A DNA stretch of 64,000 nt, taken from an uncultured virus (IMG/VR IMGVR_UViG_3300027782_000069). Taxonomy: Duplodnaviria > Heunggongvirae > Uroviricota > Caudoviricetes. The position numbers and the translations under genes were made by a program. Of this stretch, positions 14,033-24,900 are shown one piece after another. Position 1 is the stretch's first letter. Every line of letters starts with the position of its first letter. The stretch is taken from IMG/VR virus record IMGVR_UViG_3300027782_000069; one strand, 5' to 3'. Below the pieces are notes generated by a model. It saw nothing but the letters and a program-made list of their open reading frames with translations, did not search any database and had not been told where the DNA came from.

Positions 14033-15958
14033 ATGCCTTTTACACAATTTACAAATCTAGATTTCGATCAGATCAAGGCTTCGATTAAGGATTATCTCCG
14101 CGCAAACTCCAACTTCACGGATTTTGACTTTGAGGGATCTAACTTTTCAGCACTCATCGATACTCTAGCATATAATACGTATATTACAGCATTTAACTCC
14201 AATATGATTGTGAACGAATCCTTTCTGGATTCGGCAACTCTCAGAGAAAATGTTGTCTCATTAGCAAGAAATATTGGTTACGTACCACGCTCCAGAACCG
14301 CCGCCAAGGCGGCAATTACCTTCGAAGTTCCAACCACAAGCACAAGTCCTTTACTTACGCTTGAAGCGGGTTTAGTGTGTGTTGGAGCATCAGAAAATAC
14401 AAGTTATAGATTCTCAATATCCGAAAATATTACGACAACTATCAATAATGGTATCGCTAAGTTTGGATCTTCTTCGGCACCAGTATATATTTACCAGGGT
14501 TCATTATTAACGAAAGAGTGGACTGTAGATACTTCAATTACACAAAGATTTATTCTCGATAACCCATACATTGATACAAGTACGATTGTTGTGTATATTA
14601 AAGGTATCAATGACAGTGGATTGGGTAGAGAATATTTTAAAGCAAATAATATTTTAAATCTTAGATCAACATCTGAGGTTTATTTGATACAAGAGGTTCA
14701 GGATGAAAAATATGAGATACTTTTTGGTGATGGAATTTTTGGTAAAAAGTTAGAAAACGGAACTGTTATTACAGTCAAATATATTATAACTGATGGTGAA
14801 AGGGGAAATGGACCATCTGTTTTTGATTTTAAAGGAAACTTTTTAAACGCCGCAAATATTAGAGTAATTCCATCTGGATCAATTACAGTAACTACAATTT
14901 CTTCAGCATCAAATGGTGCCGAGATTGAAAATCTTGCATCAATTAAGTATTATGCACCTCGCCTATATTCTGCACAATATAGATCTGTAACTTCCAGAGA
15001 TTATGAGGCAATCATTAAACAAATTTATCCGAATACGGAATCAGTTTCTGTTGTTGGTGGAGAAGAATTAAATCCACCAAAGTTTGGAACAGTTGTGATT
15101 AGTATTAAACCAAAAAATGGTAGTTATGTATCAGATTTTGATAAAAATAATATCTTAAATCAACTAAAGAATTATTCAATCACAGGAATCAATCAGGAAA
15201 TTATTGACCTTAAAGTTCTTTATGTTGAGATTGATTCTTCTGTTTATTATAATTCGGCACAAGTTTCAAATGTCGATAATTTAAAAACATCAATTACCAA
15301 TAGTTTAGTTGATTATTCTAAAAATGTAGACATTAATAAGTTTGGTGGACGATTTAAGTATAGTAAAATTGTTCAGTTAATTGATAGAATTGATAGTGCC
15401 ATTTCTTCCAATATAACCAAGGTGATTATTCGAAGAGATATGAAGGCACTTGTAAATCAGTTTGCTCAATATGAAATTTGTTTTGGTAATAGATTTCATA
15501 TTGATCCTAAGGGATATAATATTAAGAGCACTGGATTTTATATTCAGGGAGAGAAAGGTAAAGTATATTTGACTGATGTTCCAAACAAAGATGCATATGG
15601 CAATCTTGATGGAAGTAATATGGGTATAATTAGTGCAATTACAAAGACGACTGATGATAATTATCGTATTGTATTGAAATCTGTTGGAACTGTTGATTAT
15701 TCGAATGGTGAAATTAAACTTACAACTGTCAATATCACTTCAACAGATGTTGAAAATAATATAATTGAAATTCAAGCATATCCAGATTCAAATGATATTG
15801 TTGGACTTAAAGATCTTTATTTGAGTTTTGATGTTTCAAATAGTAAGATAAATATGGTAAGAGATGTTATTGCTTCTGGAGAGGACGTTTCTGGAGTGGT
15901 GTTTACACGAGATTACTATACTTCAAGTTATTCTAACGGAAAAATAGAGAGGGAATAA
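14033..15958 (+). CDS. gp6: baseplate wedge subunit gp6
   Basis: LDFDQIK...DFDFEGS...ESFLDSATLRENVVSLARNIGYVP; RSVTSRDY. Confidence 0.92.
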   Translation: MPFTQFTNLDFDQIKASIKDYLRANSNFTDFDFEGSNFSALIDTLAYNTYITAFNSNMIVNESFLDSATLRENVVSLARNIGYVPRSRTAAKAAITFEVPTTSTSPLLTLEAGLVCVGASENTSYRFSISENITTTINNGIAKFGSSSAPVYIYQGSLLTKEWTVDTSITQRFILDNPYIDTSTIVVYIKGINDSGLGREYFKANNILNLRSTSEVYLIQEVQDEKYEILFGDGIFGKKLENGTVITVKYIITDGERGNGPSVFDFKGNFLNAANIRVIPSGSITVTTISSASNGAEIENLASIKYYAPRLYSAQYRSVTSRDYEAIIKQIYPNTESVSVVGGEELNPPKFGTVVISIKPKNGSYVSDFDKNNILNQLKNYSITGINQEIIDLKVLYVEIDSSVYYNSAQVSNVDNLKTSITNSLVDYSKNVDINKFGGRFKYSKIVQLIDRIDSAISSNITKVIIRRDMKALVNQFAQYEICFGNRFHIDPKGYNIKSTGFYIQGEKGKVYLTDVPNKDAYGNLDGSNMGIISAITKTTDDNYRIVLKSVGTVDYSNGEIKLTTVNITSTDVENNIIEIQAYPDSNDIVGLKDLYLSFDVSNSKINMVRDVIASGEDVSGVVFTRDYYTSSYSNGKIERE

Positions 15959-15961
15959 AAT

Positions 15962-18900
15962 ATGTTTGAATCTGATTTTGAGAAGAGAGTACAGATTAAT
16001 GAAATCATTGAAAATCAACTTCCAGAGTTCATTCTTGAAGAATCACCAAAAACTGCAGATTTCTTAAAACAATATTATATCTCGCAAGAATATCAAGGTG
16101 GTTCTGTAGATATTGCAGAAAATCTAGATCAATATTTGAAGTTAGATAATCTGACTCCAGAAGTTATCACAGGATCAACAACTTTATCCTATGATATTTC
16201 ATCTTCTGCTGGAGTTGTTACTGTAACTTCTACGAAAGGATTTCCTGCACAATATGGTCTTTTAAAGATCAATGATGAAATTATTACATATACTGGAGTT
16301 ACGACTAATACTTTCACTGGATGTGTTCGTGGATTTAGTGGTATCACCAATTATTCTTCTGGAATCAGTAGTTACACAGATTCAGTAAATAATAATGACT
16401 TAGTTTTTTCAACTTCTTCTAGTGATTCCCATTCTAAAAATGAAAAGGTAACTAATTTAAGTTCTCTTTTTCTGCAAGAGTTTTATAAAAAACTCAAGTA
16501 TTTCTTAACTCCAGGATTAGAGAATAGTGATTTCGTCTCCGATCTTGATGTAAGCAACTTCATAAAAGAAGCAAGAAGTTTTTATCAAGCAAAAGGTATT
16601 CAAGAATCATTTCGAATATTATTTAATGTTCTTTATGGAGAAGATGCTCGCGTTATTGATTTAGAAAGTTTTTTAATCAAACCATCAACTGCTAAGTTTA
16701 TTCGCAGAGAAGTTCTAATTACCGAATTAATTTCTGGTGATGATCCAACAAGACTTGTTGGGCAAACAATTAAGAAATCTACAGATGAAAGAACACAGGC
16801 ATCAGTATCGGAAGTTGAAATTCTTACAAGAACAAATAAAACTTATTATAAAGTTTCATTGTTTGTTGGATATAATGAGAAAGATCTGATCGAAGGAACA
16901 TTTACAATCCCAGGAAAAACAAAAGCATTAGAAACGGTTTCAATCGGATCTTCAATTATTTCAGTTGATTCAACAATTGGATTTGGGCAAACTGGTAATA
17001 TTATTTCTGGGAATAATAAAATTTACTATACATCTAAGAGTGTTAATCAGTTTTTTGGATGTTCTGGAGTTACTGAGCAGATATCTCAAATTTCGGATAT
17101 AAAATCTGATGAAGTAATCTATGGTTATGAGGGTGGAGATACTAGTAAAAAAGTTGAACTTAGAATTACTGGAGTTCTTTCTAAGTTTACTTCAACATCG
17201 GACATTTATTTGGCAGATGAAAAGGAATTAATTTCTATCAAGAATATTGGAAAGGTCATTAAAAATCCATCTGTTGATAGAACTTATGAAGAAATATTTG
17301 CAAATTCCTGGATTTATAACACAAGTTCTAGGTATCAAGTTTTCACTATTTCTGGATCAACTTTTACTCTTTTAAGTGTAATTGATAAATCAAGTTTGAA
17401 AGTTGGAGATACTGTTGATATTTTAAAAAGAGGATCGAATATAGTTGTTGCTTCTAATGCAACTGTTTCAACTGTCAATTTACCTCTCAATCAGGTTATT
17501 CTATCAAACATTTATGGATTTGTATATGATCCATATGCAGATTATGACATAAGAAGAAATATTAAAAAGGCAACTAGTTTGGGGGCTGAGTTGCAGTATG
17601 GAAACTCTAAGATTATTTCTGACGTATTAAATGTATACACCGAAAATAATGATTATGGATATGTGGCATCAAATTCCCTACCAAGTTATACAATAACTCA
17701 AAATATTTCAGAATCTGTCTTAGCAGAAGCAAATGGGTCTTATTTGCAGGGATATAATACTCAGACATATAGATATTCAATTCTTTCATTCACTTCAAAT
17801 GTTCCATTTTTAAATGGCGATGCAATTATTTACAAACCATCTAATCTTACAATACCAGGATTGATATCTGGTGAGAGATATTTTGTAAAACTTGTAGGAA
17901 CATATCCAACAAATCAAATTAAATTATACATTTCACCATCTTTTCTTTCTGGTGATAGTTATGTTGAGTTTGATACTCTTCCAACTGGATCAGGATCTCA
18001 TAGTTTTATTTTGGAAAAAGATGCCGCAAGATTTGTTGGATCTAAAAATATTTTAAGGAAATTTCCATTAAATCAATCACTATCAGTTTCTGGACACGTT
18101 CCATCAAATACCACAAGATTAGGTCTCTTATGCAATGGAGTTGAGATTGTTAGTTCAAAATCTGATGACAAGATCTATTACGGACCATTAAGTGAGTTTA
18201 ATGTTTTAAATTCGGGTAAAGATTATGATGTTGTAAATCCACCAAATATTACAATATCTTCTCCAAGCATAGGAACAACAGCGTTAGTTGTTCCAGTTAT
18301 TAGTGGTATTGTAACTGCTGTTTTAGTGGATCCCCAAGATTTTGATGTGGATCAAATTTTATCAGTTTCTTTAACTGGTGGCAATGGTAGTGGATGTTTG
18401 CTTCAACCCGTTGTTGGTCAAAGATACAGAGAACTTCAATTTGATAGTAGAGATATTTTCTTTGGTGGTGGTATAGATTTTAGTGACGAGACTATTACCT
18501 TTACATCCAATCACAACTTGAAGGATGGTGAACCAATTATCTATAGTCAGAATGGAAACAATCCAATAGGTGTTGGAACTTTTAAAGGATCTAATAATTT
18601 TACATCAACATCAACGTTAATAAGTGGTTCAAAATATTATGCAAAGGTCATTAATACCAAGACCATTAGATTGTATAATAAATTATCCGACTATAGTGCA
18701 GGTATTAATACTATTGGAATAACAACTAGCAATACTTCAGGTATTCATAAATTCAGAACCATTTCAAAGAAAACTTTAAGGTCTATTACGGTTTTAAATT
18801 CTGGAGAGGGATATCAATTTAGAAAACTGTATGTCAAGTCCTCAGGTATTTCAACATATTACGATACAGTTTCATTTAAAAACCACGGATTTAATACTGG

Positions 18901-21900
18901 AGATCTTGTCGAATACTCAACAACTGGAACTTCAGTTTCTGGATTATCAACCTCCAATCAATATTATATTTTAAAGTCCGATGAAAATTCGTTTAAACTG
19001 GTAGATGCTGGTATTGGAGCTAGTATTACTTCAAACTACATTAGAAGTAAAGTAGTCAATCTAACTTCCACTGGATCTGGATATCATATCTTCAAGTATC
19101 CAGATATCAGTGTCAATATTAATGTTTCTTATGGTAGTACATATTCTGGAAACTTTACACTAACTCCCGTTATTTCTGGAAAAATAATTGATGCATATCT
19201 TTATGAATCTGGTTCTGATTATGGTTCCAATATTTTAAATTTACAAAGAAAACCAGTAATAACACTCAAAAATGGTAAAGATGCGGAATTAAAACCAATT
19301 ATTGTTGATGGGAGAATTTCTTCTGTCCAGGTTATGAGTAAAGGTAGTGAATATTACTCCACACCCGATATTATTGTTACTGGAAGTGGATCTGGTGCTA
19401 TTTTAAGACCTGTTATTGAAAACAATAAATTAGTCAACGTTGTTGTAATAAACTCTGGTATTGGATATACTGCAACAAATACTTCACTTCAAGTTAATCC
19501 AAAGGGAAGCGGTGCATTATTTGATTGTAGGATTAGATCTTTGACTTTGAATAGGCAGTTTAAATATCAGACAGAATATTTTTCAGATTTTGGAGATACT
19601 TTATCTTACAACCTATTGGGATATTCTCAAGATTTTGGAGAATCCGTATTTTCAGACAATGGATTAAATCACTCCCCGATCATTGGATGGTCTTATGATG
19701 GAAATCCAATATATGGACCTTATGGTTATTCTACACCAAATGATAACTCATCTGCATTAAAAATTCTAAAAACTTCCTATACTTTAGATGCAAATAATAT
19801 TAATAATAGGCCATCTGGGTTTGATGCTGGATTCTTTATTGAAGATTATGTATATACTAATTCTGGAGACTTGGATATCTGTAATGGAAGATTTGCCAAA
19901 ACTCCAGAATTTCCCAATGGAGTGTATGCATATTTTGCTGGTGTAAGCACTAGTGTAATCACAAATAAGCTGGAACCAGCATATCCATACTTTATTGGAG
20001 ATTTTTATAGATCATCTCTTATAGATGAAAACTTTATTTTAGATCAATCTTTTGATTTCAATAATTCTGGATTGGCAAGAAATACTTTTCCATATAAAGT
20101 TCAAGATGAATATGCAGATAACGATTTTATCATTGAATCCAATGAAATTATTAAACAACTTTCATCTATTGAATCTGTAACTAAAGGTTCTGTAGATTCT
20201 TTGGAAGTTTTGGGTGGTGGTGATGGATATAAGATTGGTGATTATACCGTATTTGATGATAATAATACAAATGGAACAGGAATTAAGGCAGTAGTATCGA
20301 CATTGGTTGGTAAAGATATTTTGAGTATCGACACCAATTTGCAACGTTATGAAAATTGCATTTTTATCTTTGATGGTACTAGTTCAATTGCAGTATACCA
20401 ATCAACTTACAATCAATTAAATGATGGTGATAATGTTATTATTTCTGGATTAAGCAGTTCAATCTTGAATTTAAATGGGACGTTTAAAGTTGGTGTTTCA
20501 ACAGAAAAAATTAAATTATTTAAAGAAATTCCATCAAATGTTATTCCTACTGGAGATGTTGAAGATATTTACGTATCTCAAATACCAAATAGTATTTCTA
20601 TAGGAAGTTCTCTCAGTGTAGATGGTGAGATTTTAAAAGTGCTCAACACTTATTCTGAAGGATCAATATTAAGAGTTAAAAGATTTGGTGTGGGTTCTGC
20701 ACATACCTTAGGTTCTTTTGTAAATATTTTAAGTAATAGATTTTCAATCAATACTCAAACTCCACAATTTGATTCCACATTAAATGATAAAATATATTTT
20801 AATGGTCAACAGTCTGTTGGACTTGGAACAACTTCTGGAATGGCAATTCAAGTAACTTACACTATTGGTGAAACTTCTAAACAGATTTCAATTCCAACAC
20901 AATCAATATATCTACCAAATCACCCCTTCAAGAATGGGCAAAGACTAACTCTAACTAAGAATCCCTCTGTCGATTCATTTATTGTTGGAAATGCTCCAAG
21001 TGGATCAACTTACTTTTTACCAGATAACTTTACTGCTACCAGCACTGTTTATGTAATTGCCAAATCTAAAGATTATATTGGATTAACTACCGTTGTTGGA
21101 TTAACAACTAATACAAATGGACTATATTTTTATAGTAATGGTAGCAATGATTATGAGTATCTACTACAGTCAAACTTCAATCAGGTTACTGGAAATGTTG
21201 ATAGAATAATATCATCGATAAGAACTTCCGAACCTCACGGACTTCAAAATGGTGATACTATAAAACTTGAAGTAACTCCAAATACTTCAGTTGGAATAGG
21301 AACTTCAACTTCAATTAAAGTCAAATATAATTCCGAGTTTGCTAAACTTATATTAAATCCGGTAGGATTTACATCTTCACAGATTAATAATGTAACTAAC
21401 AAGATTACTCTCACATCACACAATTTTAAAACTGGCGACAAAGTCTTATATTCATCAACCGATAAGATTGCTTCAGGTTTGAATACTGGAATATATTATG
21501 TTTATAAGATTGATTCAAATACAATTCATCTTACAGAAACTTATTATGATACACAATTAGATTCTCCAAATATTGTAAGTATTATTGGTATTGGTGGAAG
21601 TCAACATTCTCTTGGATTAGTTAATCCACCTATAGAAGTTATCAGAAAATCAAATCTTGTATTTGATCTATCAGATTCTTCACTTATCAATTCCAAGTTT
21701 AAATTATTTTACGACAAAGATTTCAATAATGAGTTTCTTTCTACAAAAGAAAATAGTTCATTCAATATTGTTGGATTTGGAACTGTTGGTGTCACTCAAA
21801 CATCATCATTAACATTAAACTATTCTGATGGATTTCCATCAAAACTATACTATAATCTAGAAAGATCGGGATATATCAGTACATCTGACAGTGATGTAAA

Positions 21901-24900
21901 AGATTCTTCAGAAATTATATTTAAAAATAGTACTTATAATGGAACATACAATGTATTTGGAATTGGATCAACAACATTTAATATTTCATTAACAAATGTT
22001 CCAGAATCTTATTCATATACTCCATCAAATTGTGATAAAATTGAATACTCTGCGTCTTCGGAAAATATTGTCGGTAGTGTAAAATCACTTAGACTCTTAT
22101 CCAAAGGATTTAATTATAAAAAACTTCCAAAATTTGTAAAAATTCAATCTGAAAATGGTAATAATGCAAACATTCTTCCCCTTTCTAATAGTATTGGAAG
22201 AATAAAGGACGTTAGAATATTGGATATTGGGTATGAATATCCATCAGATAAAACTTTAAGACCAGAAGCATTTATTTCACCAATAATAACTTTAGAAAAA
22301 TCAGACACCATAAAAGAGGTTAATGTTCTATATGGAGGTAGAAACTACTTAAGTCCACCCAATCTTATTGTTTTTGACCCAGTTTCAAATACTGTGGTTG
22401 ATTCAAGTTCTTTAGGTTGTGAAGTGCCAAATAGCACTATTTTTAAAGTTAATATTCTTGGTCCAATATATGGGTTAGAATCAACAAATCAAAGAATTAT
22501 TGCCATCAACAATTCAAATGGTGTTGGCATTAGTTCTATGATAACTTCTGCTTCTGGTATTGTTACGTGCATACTTTCAACTCCACTCAATGGATTTACC
22601 AAACAACCATTTGTAATTGGAGATGAAATTTTTGTAGAGGGAGTTGAAAGATATACGTCTGACGGAACTGGATTTAATTCTTCAGATTATAATTATCAAT
22701 TTTTTAATATTTCTTTGTATGAAAATACAAATCCTGCAAAATTAGAATTTAATATTTCTGGTTTAACTACCAATCCTGGATTTGCGAAAACATATCAATC
22801 TGGATATGCAACTATCATCAACAAAAACATATATCCAATTTTTGAAAATATTCAAACAAGGTCCTCATTCGAACTTGGTGAGCAATTATATACTGATATT
22901 GGATCAGGATTTGTTGAAAAAGACATTTATATAACCGATTCTAGAAAGGATTATATCAAAATAAAGGGAACTTATGATCTTTCTAAAGGAGAAAGAATTA
23001 AGGGAAGAAAATCTGGTGTTATTGCTTCAATTAAAGACATTTCATCAAATAGTGGAAAATTTGAAATCGACTATTCAAGTCGTCAAGATTATGGATGGGA
23101 AGATAATATTGGCAAATTAAATGAGGATTATCAAGTAACTACTGATAATGATTATTACCAAAATCTTTCATATACTATAAAAAGTTCTATTGAATATGAT
23201 AAATTTATTGATCCTGTTAACAGACTTTTACATCCTGCAGGACTTAAAAATTTTGCAGATACTTCCATCGAATCTACTGTTAATGGGTCAGTTTCATATG
23301 CATCAACGACAAATGATGTTGTCATTTTAGATATTTCGGAAGAGAAGAGGGTTGATAATATCAATAACTTTGATTTTGGATTAGATTATGATATTCGCCA
23401 AGATAAATCAAAATATTTAAAATTTAAAAACAGAAAATTAACAGATTATACTAAATGTAAAACAAATAGAGTATTAATAATTGATGATATCAGCTCTAGA
23501 TTTTCCAGTAAAGGATATCAAGATTTATTTACTGATATTTGCACAATTGATGATAACTTTGAAAAGTATCTCGTTCAAATTATCAATCCAGATAACTTTG
23601 AAACTCAGTTAACAGAGTTAATTGTTCTCTCAACCGAAAATGATGTCTTAACTTTGGAAAAAGGATCTATCTATAGCAAAAATAAACTTGGAGATCTTGA
23701 AGCTCAGATCGATACTTTTGATAGAAAAACTTTAAGATTTACTCCATATGAACTTTATGATAGCGATCATGATATTAAAGTTTTAAAATTAAACTTTAAT
23801 ACTGACCTTTCTGGTATAGGAACACAGAGTATTGGATTTATCAGTTTGACGGGATCAAATAATATTATTTCTAGTGGAACAACTTCAACAATTGCAAGTT
23901 ATTCATTATCAACTTTCGATTCTATATTTGCAAATATTCAAATATTCAACACAATTACTAGAAAAATTAATTATTTGGAAGTGCTTTTAGATTATGATGG
24001 AACCAATACTTATATTTCGGAATATTATTTTGATAGTGGATCTGAAAGTTCTAGTCAAAGATATGTTGGTATTCTCACCGCAACAGCAAATCCAATTACA
24101 AATCGAATTTCTCTAGATTTTACCAATGATCAGGCAGAATCTTTACTTATTAGATCAAACGTTGTTGGATTTGGATCAACTGTAAGTGGAATTGGTACAT
24201 ATAGATTCAGAATTCCTGGGCAACTTGATGAATTAGAACGAAGTGCTCGTTTAGAAAGCACTTACAGTGTAGGAATTTCAACAAGAACAGTATGTAACTT
24301 AAAATATGATCTTGATAGCGGACTTAAATCTCTAGTCAAAGTTTCTTGTGGAAAAACTAGCTCATTGCATCAAGTTATGCTGATCAATGACAAATCCGAT
24401 TCTTACATTTTACAATATCCATTTGTTTCAACAGGATCAACATCTGGTATTGGAACATTTGGTAGTGAAAGATCTGGAAATGTACTTTCTCTCAAGTTTT
24501 ATCCAGATCCAATTTTTAACTCAAATATTGAAGTTCAATCATATAATGAAATTCTTTATACTGAAAATGATTTTGTCAATGAAAATCCACCAATTTTATA
24601 TGGATCTGCAACACAATCACTATTTTTATCATCATACGATGGCATTAATGGGAATAGAGCAAATAAAACAGATTTCGATTTGAAATTCAACGGAACTTCA
24701 ATTTACTTCAAAACTTTTGATCCAACAAATTCTTTACAATTGCAAGCATCAACTGGAATATTTACCATACCAAATCATTTCTTTAATACTGGCGAAGAAA
24801 TCAATTACACCCCAGAATCATCTTATGCTAGTATTGGTGCAAGTGCTGTCGGTATAGGATCTACTGCAAATTATCTTGGAATAGTTACCAACAGACTTCC